Assembly: GCF_009914755.1 (NCBI RefSeq)
Contig: NC_060928.1
DNA length: 64,000 nucleotides
Direction: 5' to 3' (one strand)
Source: the human T2T-CHM13v2.0 reference genome, Homo sapiens
Positions 44,436 through 58,918 of this stretch are shown here, piece by piece. Below the pieces are notes generated by a model, which saw only the letters and a program-made list of their open reading frames with translations, did no database searches and was not told the DNA's origin. The position numbers and the translations under genes were made by a program. How positions within the stretch are numbered: position 1 is the stretch's first letter; the number at the start of each line of letters is the position of its first letter.

Positions 44436-46085
44436 TGATATAGTTTGGCTGTATCCCCACCCAAATATCCCCTTGAATTTTAATAATCCCCATGTGTCAA
44501 GGGTGGGGCCAGATGGAAATAATTTACTCATGAGTGTGTTTTCCCCCATACTGTTTTGAGTAAGTCTAGTGAATATGTCTCAGGAGATCTGATGGAGTTC
44601 CCCTACCCAAGCTCTCTTGCCTGCTGCTATGTAAGACATGATTTTGCTCTACATTCGCCTTCTGCCATGATTGTGAGGCCTTCCCAGCCATGTGGAACTG
44701 TGAGCCAAAAAACCTCCTTCCTTTATAAATTACCCAGTCTTGGGTATGTCTTTATTAACAGGGTAAGAACAGACTAATACAGTAAATTGGTACTGGTAGA
44801 GTGGAGTGCTGCTATAAGGATACCCAAAAATGTGGAACTGACTTTGGAACTGGGTAAGAGGCAGAGATTGGAAGAGTTTGGAGGGCTCAGAAGACAGGAA
44901 AATGTAGGAAAGTTTGAACTTCCTAGAGGCTTGTTGAACGGCTTTGACCAAAAGGCTCATAGTGATATGGACAATAAAGCTCAGACTGAGGCAGTCTCAG
45001 ATCAAGATAAGGAATTTGCTGGGAACTGGAACAAAGGCGACTCTTGCCATGTTTTTTTTTGTTATGATTTTTGTTTTTATTATTATTCTTTAAGTTCTAG
45101 GGTACATGTGCACAACGTGCAGGTTTGTTACATATGTATACATGTTCGCAAGGACAGAAAACCAAACACTGCATGTTCTCACTCATAGGTGGGAATTAAA
45201 CAATGAGAACACTTGGACACAGGGTGGGGAACATCACACACTGGGGACTCTTGCCATGTTTTAGCAAAGGGACTGGTGGCATTTTGCCCCTGCCCTAGGG
45301 ATTTGTGAAAATTTGAACTCGAGAGAGATGATTTAGGGTATCTGGTGGAAGAAATTTCTAAGCAGCAAAGTGTTCAAGAGGAAGCAGAGCATAAAATTTG
45401 GAAATATTTGCCACCTAATGATGCAATAGAAAAGAAAAACCCATTTCTGGGGGGAAATTCAAGTCAGCTGCAGACATTTGCATAAGTAATGAGGAACCTA
45501 ATGTTAATCACCAAGACAATGGGGAAAATGTCTTCAGGGCATGTCAAAGACCTTCACAGAAGCCCCACTCATCATAGGCCTCTCCAGGCCTAGAAGGGAA
45601 AAATAATTTTGTGGGCCAGGCCCAAGGCCCCCCTGCTCTATGCAGTCTCAGGATATGGTTTCCTGTGTCACAGTTGCTTCAGCTCCAGCCGCTCTGGTTA
45701 AAAGGGGCCATTACTTCAGAGGGTGCAAGCCCCAAGCCTTGGTGGTTTATACATGGTGTTGGGGCTGTGGGTGCACAGAAGTAAAGAACTGAGGTTTGGG
45801 AACATCCACTTAAATATCAGAGGATGTGTGGAAATGCCTGGATGTCTGGAAGAAATTTGCTGCAGGAGTGAAGCTCTCATGGAGAACCACTGCCAGGACA
45901 GTGCAAAAGGGATATGTGGAGTCGGAACTTCCACACAAAGTCCCCACCTGGGGCTTCTCATTTGCCTTCTGCTATGATTGTGAGGCCTCCCCAGCCATGC
46001 TGAACTGTGAATCGAACCTGTTAACTTTATAAATTACCTAGTCTCAGGGTTGTCTTTATTAGCAGTGTGAGAACATACTAATACA
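44436..46085 (+). mobile_element. THE1 (MaLR) element: 5' LTR 44436-44781, partial internal region, partial 3' LTR (~45953-46085)
   Basis: TGATATAGTTTGGCTGT start; ACTAATACA LTR ends; THE1-int GTAAATTGGTAC...GTGGAACTGACTTTGGAACTGGGTAA. Confidence 0.92.
45056..45245 (-). mobile_element. Short L1PA insertion with 5' inversion inside THE1-int
   Basis: Antisense L1PA 3' end (TAAGTTCTAGGGTACATGTGCACAACGTGCAGG) followed by a sense piece (CAAGGACAGAAAACCAAACACTGCATGTTCTCACTCATAGG); 17-bp TSD GACTCTTGCCATGTTTT. Confidence 0.93.
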
Positions 46086-46357
46086 CCTATTTCATACAGT
46101 TTAAGTAATTCAACTATCATTAAATAGTAAATAGTCACTCACATTTTATTTGGCTTCATAGCTGTAAAACTATGTAAGAATCACCCCTTCATAATAATTG
46201 GTAGAGAAGGATCCAAAATTAACCATTAAATACATAGTTTTTAAATACAAAGGAAGGCAACTTTTAGTTTTGTTGTATACAATGAAAAAGATACTAATAT
46301 TTGTGATCAAAACAACACAATTGCATCAGAATGCTTGAGGTTTTAGTTTTTGCAGAA

Positions 46358-46533
46358 ATATGTATATATGTTCTCATATATATATGTTCTTATATATATG
46401 TTCTCATATATATATGTTCTTATATATATGTTCTCATATATATATGTTCTCATATATATGTTCTCATATACATATATTCTATATATATATGTTCTCATAT
46501 ATATACACACATACATACACATACATATATATA
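46358..46533. repeat. AT-rich minisatellite with 30-bp period, then (CA/TA)n
   Basis: TATATGTTCTTATATATATGTTCTCATATA is identical at 46381 and 46411, one mismatch at 46441. Confidence 0.92.
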
Positions 46534-46579
46534 TGAATTTATAAGTCTAGGCATTTAAACTTTTATTTTCTTTAAACTG

Positions 46580-47526
46580 CAATAAGTCCTCACTTAATGT
46601 CACCCATGGGTTCTTAGAAATTATGACTTTAGGAGGAAGGAGGGGCTGGCATGGTGCCTCATGCTTTTAATCCCAGCACTTTGGGAGGCTTTGGGAGGCA
46701 GACCCAGCAGGATTGTTTGGGGTCAGAAGCTTGAGACCAGCATAGGCAATATAGGGAGACCCTGTCTCTGCAAAAAATAAAAACAAAACAAAATAATTGG
46801 TTGGGTATGGTAGTGTGTACCTGTAGTTTCAGCCACTCCAGAGGCTCAGGTGGGAGACTCTCTTGAGCCCAGGAGTTTGAGGCTGCAATGAACCATTTTC
46901 ATGCCACTACACTCTAGCCTGGGTAACTATGGATACCTTGTCTCTAAAAATGAAAACAAAAACAAATAAACAATAAAAAATAAAGAAACGACACACAGCA
47001 ATCACTTTTACCATAATCTAACTGGTATATAAGGAAAAGTTAATTCCCTATGGCATATTTATTGTCACAGAAAGTCACCAAAATTGTAAATAAAAACCCA
47101 AAACTACTGATTTTAAACATAGAAATAAATATGAACTCTGCATACATTTAAGAAAGCTTAATAAAAACAAGATAATTATTTACCCAATCACTCTAGTTCA
47201 AAGACATGTGTGACTGGAGCCTATCCCTGCAGCTCTGGGCCTAAGGCAGAACTGAGCCTGGACACAATACCATTCCATCACAGGAGCACTCACACTTCAC
47301 TGCCACACTTACTCTTCGGGACAATTTAGACACGCCAATTAATCCCATGTTCACATCTCTGCAATGTGGGAGGAAACCGGAATACCCAGAGAAAACCCAT
47401 GCTGATGTAGGGAGAACGTACAAACCCCATAAAGACAGTGGCCCCGGCCTGGAATCATTTTTTTTTTCCTTATCAGCCTTATAAGAAAACTATTTGAACA
47501 AAACTATGTTATTCAAGGATCTGCAG
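46580..47526 (-). mobile_element. MER6 (TcMar-Tigger) DNA transposon, interrupted by AluJ
   Basis: AAGTCCTCACTTAATGTC at one end; TGTGGGAGGAAACCGGAATACCCAGAGAAAACCCA, ACAGTGGCCCCGGCC and GTTATTCAAGGATCTGC at the other. Confidence 0.85.
46644..46985 (+). mobile_element. AluJ-like
   Basis: Diverged dimer with TTGAGCCCAGGAGTTTGAGGCTGCA; duplicated CTTTGGGAGG in the left arm. Confidence 0.9.
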
Positions 47527-47533
47527 GCTATAC

Positions 47534-48732
47534 TTTATTGAGGTATGATTAACATGAAAAAATGACACATATATAATATATATATCTCCATAAGTGTGAA
47601 TTAAGTACACATTTTTGATACTATTACTACTAAGACCATAAACATATCCATTACCTTCCAAAATTTCTTCCTACCCCCTTTATTACTATTTTTTGTTTGC
47701 AAGAACACTTAGAAGATTTAACCTCTAACCATCTTCAGTATAAACATAATATTGTTAGCTATAGGCATTATGCTGTGTAAAAATCTCCATAATTTATTTA
47801 CCTTTTGCATAACTGAAACTTTATAACTTTTAAGCATCACAATCCCCACCTCCCTCCAGCCCTGACAACTACCATTACATCTTCTGCTTCTGTGAGTTTG
47901 ACTGTTTCAGATTCTACCTTGGTTATTTTGAATAATGCTGAAATAATCATGGGAGTACTGATATCTCTTTGAGTTTTTAAATATTTACTCAGAAGTAGGA
48001 TTGTTGAATCATATGATAATTCTGATTTTAATTTTTTAAGGAAACTCAATACTATTTTTTATGAAGGCTGTACCAATTTACCTTGCCACCAAGAATGTAC
48101 AACGGGTCCCTTTTTCTTCACATCTGGCTAATACTTCTTAGCTTTTAGTGTTTTAAATAATAGCAGTCTTAATGGGTGTTTTCTTGAGGTCTTGATTTGT
48201 GTTTCTCTGATAAACACGTTGAGCAAATTTTCACATGCCTCTTGGCATTTGTATGTCTTCTTTTGAAAAATGTCTATTTAGGTCCTTGGCCTATTTTTCC
48301 TTTGAGTTACTAGTATGTAAGAATAAAATTGATTTTTGCATGTTGATTTTTTATCCTGCACCTTCACTGAATTAATTTATTAATTCTAGCTTCTTTAGTG
48401 GACTATACAGGGCTTTTATTTATATAAGATTACACCATCAGCAAAAAAATACAATTTTTCTTTTTTTCCAACTTTGATACTTTTATTCCTTTTTCTACTT
48501 AATGGTAGTGGCTAGAACATACAGTACTATGTTGAAATAGATGTGATGAGAGTAGGGATTCTTTTCCTCTTCCTTGTCTTACAGAAAAAGCTTTCAACTT
48601 TTCACCATTGATTATGATATTAGGTGAGGGTTTATCATATACAGACTTTATTATGTTTAGGTACATTTCTTCTATGCCTAATTTATTTAGAACATCATGA
48701 AAAAATATTGAATTTTGTCAAGTATTTTCTCT
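47534..48732 (-). mobile_element. L1MA-type 3' end and ORF2 pieces (left part, split by the provirus)
   Basis: TTTATTGAGGTATGATT, TGCTTCTGTGAGTTTGACT, GTATGTCTTCTTTTGAAAAATGTCTATT, GAAAAAGCTTTCAACTTTTCACCATTG. Confidence 0.85.
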
Positions 48733-49108
48733 TGTAGGGGCAACAGGCTGGGGCTGGTGATGTGGGTGGTAAAAGAATTTACCAAGGTAGTCATAGGTAA
48801 AGAAAGGCAGATTAATTAGTAAAACTACAAAGATAAGTTACAAGAGAGCAATGGCCAGCACGGCAGAGAAGGGGCTGTCTTCCAAGAGGTAGGGGATAAG
48901 AAGAAGCTTTAGAGGGTCATGCTGGAGGGGCCACATGCAGATAAGGTGTGCAGATAAAGTCATGCTGCTGGGGCTATGTGCAGAATGAGGTATTTGGGAA
49001 GAGGATGTTGTGCCAATGGGTTGTCTGTGATTAGTTGTCTCTCAAAACAATTTTTCTCCTCTACCTGGGACCCTTTCCTTGTTGTTGATTACTTATCAGG
49101 ACTCTACA
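48733..49108 (-). repeat. 3' LTR (MER83B/C-like)
   Basis: - strand TGTAGAGTCCTGATAAG...CCCCTACA; shares CATGCTGCTGGGGCTA...GCAGAATGA(G/T)GTATTTGGGAA(G/C)AGGATGTTGTGCCA with the 5' LTR. Confidence 0.88.
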
Positions 49109-49399
49109 GTTTTTTTGAGAGGACAATACTGACAAATCTTTGGCAATGGGGGGGAAAGTCTCATCTTTCAACTAGTTCCTGCTAGCCTGTGGCATAGAGT
49201 TGTCCCTACTTCTGGTTGTTGGTCTGTCAGAAGATGCTGTGGGTCATCGTCCTGAACTGTGGGACTTAGGATATTGAATCTTGCTGGAGGGAGAGACTCA
49301 TCAAAGAGGGGGAGCATGTCAAGGCAAAAGTGATGTCCAAATGAGTCCAAGGGAGATTTGTAAAGGTAACAGGCATCACTGGGGAGAGTCTGATATACC

Positions 49400-50800
49400 A
49401 TTCACAGTATCATTTGAAGGTAAAATTACTGAATTTAAAAAGACACAAATTTAACAACCAACAGAAGGCGAATATGCAAGGGCTGAAGAGAAGGGATAAT
49501 AACATACCTGTCAGTGTCCCCAAGAATGGAAGCAACCAGGATTATCATCCCCAGGTGGATGTCCATGAAGATTATCCTTGTGGTGCTTTTTCCTCAATTC
49601 CATCGGCTTGTTCCCTGAGCTTTTTGACATGATCCACCACTATTCCTGATTGATTAACATAAGCACAACATTCTTTCTGGAGGGCTAAACAAATGAGCCC
49701 TTGGGCTGCTGTAAGCAAATTTAGGCCACAGCGGTTTTGGAGAACAACTGCTGCTAGGGGGTCTCTCTGATCTTGCAGGACTTCAAAGGTGTCAGAGATG
49801 CTTTGACCTTGGTGGAGAGTTCAGCTGAGAGAGTATGACAAGTATGGGCTGTGAGGCTCATACCTGTTATTCCCATACCTAATCCGTAGCAATCCCTAGG
49901 CCAGTGAGTATAGGGATCAGATAGATTGACCATTCTTCCCTGCTAGAACTGTAAAGCGGGATTGAGAGGGATTTATTGGAAGGAGCAATTTGGATGTCTG
50001 GGGCTAAGTAAACTAGTGTACAAATTGCTGTCCCATTGGTTGGAAGACAAATATATGCAATTGATCTGCAGAGGAAGAAAGCTTCCTCAGATTTAAGGCA
50101 TGGAATTAGACTTAGAGTGAAGAAATGGAGTGTGTTTTGGTTTTCTGAAGTATTGAGTAGCTAGAGTAGTACTTGTAAGAGGATTCAAGGCTTGGATGTT
50201 AAAGTTAGCATTTGCGTGGGTTTTGTTGTCACAGAATAAATGAAAGCATTGAGTGTCTAGAAACATTCAAGATTTTGGGTTGCTAAGTGTGAGAATATGT
50301 GGGCAACTATTAGAGGAATTTGCAACCTTGCAATATTGCCATTAAGTTAAGTCAGGACAAGTGTCTGGAGAGGGGCATCCTGTGCAAAAGTGAAAGGTGA
50401 CATTTTGGAGATTTGGGGCATTGAGGTCAGCTGGGCCTGATGTTCTAACTAGTATCAAATTATGTTTTCCCTCTGATATGTATTTTATATTGGTGCAATT
50501 TATAGTTATGATGTAGTTGCAAAGGGGGTTAAAAATGTTTCCCAAGGGGTTGGAGTTTCCGGGAGGTCTGCTTTAGCATTGCAGCTTAGATCTATGGTTA
50601 TAAAACAAAATGTTCAAGTGGTCCCTCCACATTTGGATCTGGTAACAAGGTTGTAGAATTAAGTGTTTGGCAGGGGCTAATACACCAATTCTGGTGCATG
50701 TAGAAGGCGTGTTTGATACTTGCAAATAGTTATCTGATATCCAGTGAAAGGCCTTCAAGTTTAGGAGTTTCATTGCCTAATGCGGGGTATGTAGAGTTAT
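49400..50800 (-). pseudogene. env: Retroviral env remnant (partial SU, TM with ISD and CX6CC)
   Basis: - strand translation [40 protein letters not shown] at about 49640-49760. Confidence 0.92.
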
Positions 50801-51434
50801 TCCTTGAACCAGAGTTAAGGAATAAATGTATACACCCCACATCAATCAGGAGAGCCACAGATGCTAGCACTTGGAGGCATGGAGGCTATCTCCATGCCAC
50901 TGGGTTCAGGGTTTCTGATAAGTAAGCAATTGGTCATTGAAAGTGTCCCAGTGGCTGAGTTAGAACTCCAAGGGCAATACCGCTTTTCTCATGTTCTATG
51001 AAGTAAAAAGGCTTTCTAAAATCTAGCAAGGCCGGGGCTGGGTCAGTGGTGATTGCTTATTTGAGGGTTTTCACAGTATTGTCCATTTCAAGGCTCCAAT
51101 ATAGGGGTTCCTCCTCTGGTCCTTGTAGCACCTCATTAAGATGTTTTGCTAAAAGTCCAAACTGGGATATCCAAGTATGACAAGCCTACCATTTCCAGAA
51201 AGGACTGCAGCTGCTGTTGAGTGGATGGAATGCAAATGTTTAAAATAAGATTTTTGTGGTGATCTGAGAGACTCTTGGACTCTAGGGTTAATGTTAGTCC
51301 CAAGAATCGAACCTCCTGAGAGGAGGTTTGAGCTTTAGAAGGAGAAATTTTATAACCACAGGAGGCCAATCTCTGAAGAGTATTAATAGTATTTAGGTCT
51401 GAGGTATTTTCAGGTGGACAGCAAATAAGCAGGT

Positions 51435-54009
<2,575 letters not shown>

Positions 54010-54699
54010 CAAGTCATCAACCTATTGAAGCAAGGCACTATTAGGGGAAAGTTGAAGGGTGGACAGATCTTTGGCAAGAGCCTGTCAAAACAGGTGTGAG
54101 CTAGCTCTAATTCCCTGGGGTAGAACTTTTCAGGTTAATTGTTTGGCAACATAAATGGAAGAGTCTCACCATTCAAAGGCAAATGAAAATTCAGAGTCCA
54201 GGTATACCAGAATGCAAAAGAATATATTTTTTACATCTTGAGTGGTGAACAAAGAAGTGTAAGACGGAAGTTGCCCTAGTAGGGTGTAAGGATTGGGAAC
54301 AATGGGATGTATTGGGATTACTGCTTTATTGATACCCTTCATATGTTACATCATTTTATAGGTACTGTTTGACTTTTTTGAGTGCCAAGATGGGCATGTT
54401 ACATGGTGACTTACAAGGACACAGTAGCCCCATGGCCAAAATGTTTTGTATTAGGGGATGTAGGCCTATTTCAGCTTCCGACTTTAAAGGTTGTTGGGGC
54501 TCCCTAGGGAAAGAAGTGGGATTCTAAAGGTGGGTTTTTATAGGATCTGTGAACAAAGTACATCCGGGAGTGGAAGTATATCATACCTTTGGAGGAACTT
54601 GTTGTAGAAAGGAAGGTTGTATTACCTTTGGGCTTTTGAGGTCAAGGGCTAGTTAGGCTAATCATGGAAAAACAAACTCAGACAACTGATGGTTGGTTA

Positions 54700-54965
54700 G
54701 GAGCTTTGTCATTATTGACCCTCAAGTTGCAGGATTGAGCAACTTGGCAAGACAAGAAAGAATGAGTGAAAATGTTTTTCCCAAAGATACATGCCAAAGG
54801 AGAAGTAAATCATTCCTGTTTTGGTTGGCTATCTATGCTAGTGATGAGGATCAAGGACCAAAATGTAGTTCCAGGAAAATTAATTAGGGCAGAATAAGTG
54901 GCTACTGTATCAACAAAGAACTCAGTTCTTCCTCCTACAACGTCTAGGGTTACCCAAGGCTCAAC
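54700..54965 (-). pseudogene. pro: Retroviral protease remnant
   Basis: EPWVTLDVVGGRTEFFVDTVATYSALI; the catalytic DTG reads DTV. Confidence 0.85.
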
Positions 54966-55149
54966 CATAGTGATGGAAAACACAGGAGCCTGGATGGCCT
55001 CTGGGCCCCATCAATCACTAGGACAGATAGGGAATGGCCCTCACTGGGATTCCTCCCTTCTTTCCCTTGTGTTCCCATCAGTTTTGTCAACATTGAGGAA
55101 CAGAGTTAAGGGCATTTGCCTTTGCCATTCTCCCAAGTTGACCCACACT

Positions 55150-56790
55150 TAAGGTTGCCGGTAAAGGGATGACCCTCTCACACTAGGGAGAGAGAGACAG
55201 TCCTGTTTCTAGTGCCCCACTTGTTTGCAGTGTGGGTAGGGGCTAGGTGGTGGTTGCTGGGGACTAGTTGACAGGTCTGGGGCTGGTTTCAGCCATGTTG
55301 GCTAACAACCCTGACTGGTTATAGTGATAGCAAATGAATGATCCTTTGTTGGTCCCTGGACCATATCCCAGTGGTTTTTCTGGGCCCCTTTATATAGGTA
55401 GGGAATTAGCAATAGTGGGGACCATATAGTCACCTGCCACTTATCTCTTTCTCATTCCTTCCAATCCTGTTAGGTTTTCAAGACCTCCTCTTAGGTATTA
55501 AGGACCTTGAAGGCTGTGTTCAGCAATGTGAGGAAAGGAGCTTGTGGTCTCTGATCTAGCTTTTAAAGCTTGTGTCCAATGTCTGGAGAAGCCTGGCTGA
55601 TAAAGTGAACAAACAAAATAGTGAGGCCCTCTGAGCATTCAGGGTTCATATTAGTATATTTTCTCATGGCTTCCACCAGCCTGGAATGAAATAAGGCTGA
55701 GTTGTCATTTTGCCCTTGTGTTATCTCTCTTAATTTCGCATAGTTTCCAGGTTTAAGTGCAGCTCTTTTAATGCTCTCAATTGAATATGCAAACATGATT
55801 ATGGAGTACCCTGTCAGCATCTCCCTCCTGGTAGCATCACCTAGGATCAACATCAGGCACTGCTATCCTACAAAAGCCAGATTCTCGAGGGTTCTAGTTG
55901 TTAAACTCATCTGCCAATTTTTCAGCTAGTACCCAAATGTGGTAATTTTTCTCATGAGTGCAATAGGAGGTAAACATAATATAGATGTGTTACCAAGTAG
56001 GATTGAAGGAACCAGTAAATCACTTGAACTCTTTTATGAAAAGGGAGGGACCTGGCTAAAGGAACTAAGTTTGGTTTCTATTTGAGAAAGGTCAGACATT
56101 AAGAAAGAGACATGGATTCTGATGGTTCCTAGATCCTTCATTGCCACATCCCAGAGTGGCAGAAGTTTTTCTGGGGCCATATTGTGATCATAAGTGGTCC
56201 AAGATCTAGATCAAGTATGTGAAGGGGAGAAGGTTCTCTGATAAGTGGGAGGGGTTGTGGGGTTGCAGATGTGAGGGGAAGGAGAGGGATTAGAGGCTGA
56301 TGGTCTAGGGGAAGGAGGAGAGGAAGGAACAGATGGGGTAGATATACTTGAATGTGAAGGTGATTTGTCAACGGAAGAAGGCTCAGCCTCAACTAGTCTA
56401 GCCAGTTTGAGATAATGGGAGAGAGTAAAAGAAGGATAGTCTAGAATTTCGGAAGAGTCAGTGGGGCCAGAGAATTTGGCCAAGCACAATCAACAAGTTT
56501 GGCAGAGGTCAGGATCCTGGGAAAGTCATGAAAGCCTGGACATAAGGAACTTCAGACCATTTAGAGGAGTTATGGCAGAAAAAAAAGTCAAGCTTAAGAA
56601 AAGTGTTGGGTGAAATCTCCCCACCTGGAGGCCACGTGGATTCCTGGTCCAGAAATTATAAAGTGGCCTTGCAGTATTACACAGGAAAATTAGATGTTTC
56701 TTTCTGAGAGTCTGAGAGTCAAATTTATCCCAATGCTTTAAATGTAGCCCAGGGGTAAATCTGAGGAAATGTAGGGTCTTTGTCCCATGG
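55150..56790 (-). pseudogene. gag: Retroviral gag remnant (MA, proline-rich region, CA/MHR, NC)
   Basis: LKHWDKFDSQTLRKKHLIFLCN (matrix); NYAKLREITQGQNDNSALFHSRLVEAMRKYT (MHR); YPHCKQVGH*KQDC (decayed CCHC knuckle). Confidence 0.92.
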
Positions 56791-57446
56791 AGGGACTGGG
56801 AAAGAATGTCCACTGGGGATATGAACTGTGATTCCTCTTGGGGTGTCCTGATGAGGGAAAAGGGTTCCACTGACGTCCTCTGAAAAACTCTGAGATGCAC
56901 TTTCCAGAGGAGTGTCCCACCTATTGGAAAGGATCTCCCAGTGCTACAACCTTACACTGGATGAACACTGGGTGAGCAACCCCAGGTCAGTCCAGGTAAG
57001 AATTACACTGCATGGCCAGCCCAGTTATGCTGGGTGCTCAGTACAGGTACAAAAGAAAGAGGTTTATGGCAGACTCACTGTCCTGGTGCTGTTTAGGATT
57101 ACCTGGCTTAAGACGTCCAGAGCAAAGAGGCTGGCTATCTACAGGCTATAATTTAGAGTGAGAAAGAGGGGTTCTGAGTTCCCCAAAACACATGTGAATT
57201 CACCATGGTCGAGCTTACTCTTCTGACTGTGCCACACATAGGGATTGGGGACTTTTGATCAGAAAGAATAGAAGAGACCTTTCCTCCCTTCCAGACAAGG
57301 CAGCCAACCTGTTCAACCCTGGCCTTCAGGCTACATCAGGGAGTGGCCCTGACCAGTTGCCATCAGTTGCCAGAGGATACTAGAGAGTGTCCACTGGAAT
57401 ACTGAAAAGAAAAGCAAACTCTAAACTCTCATCCAGAGTAGTATAC

Positions 57447-57703
57447 GTAGGGAATTAGCAACAGTGGCGACCATACTGTGGGCCTGCCACTTATCTCTCT
57501 CTCATTCTTTCCTATCCTGTTCAGTTTTCAAGACCTCCACTCAGATATTGAAGACCTTGAAGGGTGTGTCCAGCAATGTGATAATAGGGGTTTGTGGTCT
57601 CTGATCTAGCTTTTAAAGCTTGTGTCTACTGTCTGGAGAAGCCTGGCTGATTAAGTGAAGAGCCAAAACGGTGAGGTCCTCTGGGCTGTCAGGGCCCATG
57701 TTA
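57447..57703 (-). repeat. Diverged copy of gag segment 55398-55653 inside the proviral leader
   Basis: Shared GTAGGGAATTAGCAA, CCTGCCACTTATCTCT, TTGTGGTCTCTGATCTAGCTTTTAAAGCTTGTGTC, TGTCTGGAGAAGCCTGGCTGAT. Confidence 0.92.
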
Positions 57704-57854
57704 TGACTGGTGGTGGTCAGGCATCTTTCCATGTGAACCTTCTGGTCCACCTTGGAGTGCCCCTGGCTAGGGACTGTCAGTTATCTCTGGGCTTGGATGC
57801 TGTCCACTGAGAGGTTGGAGTTGAAGAAGAGGACGTAGGGAGAATGGGGTAATT

Positions 57855-57872
57855 TCCCTGTATGAGCCACCA
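57855..57872 (-). promoter_or_regulatory. Primer-binding site, tRNA-Ile-like
   Basis: - strand TGGTGGCTCATACAGGGA versus the tRNA-Ile(AAT) complement TGGTGGCCCGTACGGGGA (15/18), 3 nt from the LTR end. Confidence 0.85.
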
Positions 57873-57875
57873 AAA

Positions 57876-58251
57876 TGTTGCAGGTGTCACTGACTGAGGC
57901 TGGTTGGGCAGTAAAAGAATATGCCAAGAAAGTTATAGGTTAAAAAAAAGGTCGATTTGTTAGAGAAACTATGAAGATACATTGCAAGAATGCAATGGGC
58001 AGCATGGCAGAGAAGGGGATGTCTATGAAGAGGCAGGAGCTGGAGGGAGGTTTTATAGAGTGTTGCTGGAGGGACTGTGTGCAGATAAGGTATAAAGGAT
58101 ATTGTCATGCTGCTGGGGCTACATGCAGAATGATGTATTTGGGAACAGGATGTTGTGCCAGCAGTTTCTCTGTGATTCGCTGTCTGTCCGAATAATTGTT
58201 CTCCACATGGGACCCCTTCCTTGTTGCTTACTTATCTATCAAGACTCCATA
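57876..58251 (-). repeat. 5' LTR (MER83B/C-like)
   Basis: Homologous to 48733-49108 and adjacent to the PBS. Confidence 0.88.
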
Positions 58252-58254
58252 GTT

Positions 58255-58728
58255 TTTCTCTCTATTGAGATAATCACATGATTTTTATCCTTCATTCTTT
58301 TTATGTGGTGTATCATATTTATTGAGTTTCATATGTCAGACTGTTCTTACATATCAGGAATAAATCCCACTTTATCACGGTGTGTGATTCTTTTAATAGG
58401 CTGTTGAATTTGATTTGCCAGTATTTTAATGAAGATTTTTGCAGATATCTTCATCAGGAATCTTGATTTGTAATTTTTTTTTTCCTTCCTGCCTGATTTG
58501 GGTATCAAGGTAAAGTTGGCCTCATAGAATGAGTCTGGAAGTCTTTCTTCCTCCTCATATTTTTGAAAGAGTTGGTGAAAATTTGGCATTAATTATTCTT
58601 TAAGTGTTTGGTAGCATTCACTCTTGAAGCCATCTTATTCTGGGCTTTTGTTTTTGTGGAAATTTTTGATTGCTGATTCAATGTCCCCATTCATATTTTT
58701 TCTGTTCAGATTTTCTATTTCTTCATGG
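58255..58728 (-). mobile_element. L1MA ORF2 continuation (right part)
   Basis: ORF 58347-58589(-) LPDSFYEANFTLIPK...KILANQIQQPIKRITHRDKVGFIP; resumes where 48732 stops. Confidence 0.9.
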
Positions 58729-58837
58729 TAGACAAACAGTAGTACACATGCTCATTTCAATGTATAATGTGATTAGTCTGTGGGAGTAAAGCAATAAAGG
58801 AAACTCTCCATGTGAATTGGAGAAGTCTACAATGAGA

Positions 58838-58918
58838 ACTGGGCAATTTCATAATCTGTAAGGTGGACATATTGAACTACATATTCTTCATGGTTTCTTT
58901 CAGATCTGAAGTTTGGTG
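58838..58918 (-). mobile_element. MIR/MIR3 fragment
   Basis: ATCTGTAAGGTGG...TTGAACTA...CTTTCAGATCTGAAG resembles the MIR3 core and end. Confidence 0.4.

Noticed and set aside
46358-46533. Regularly spaced short repeats superficially like a CRISPR array
   Set aside because: No unique spacers; simple TA-derived minisatellite in mammalian DNA
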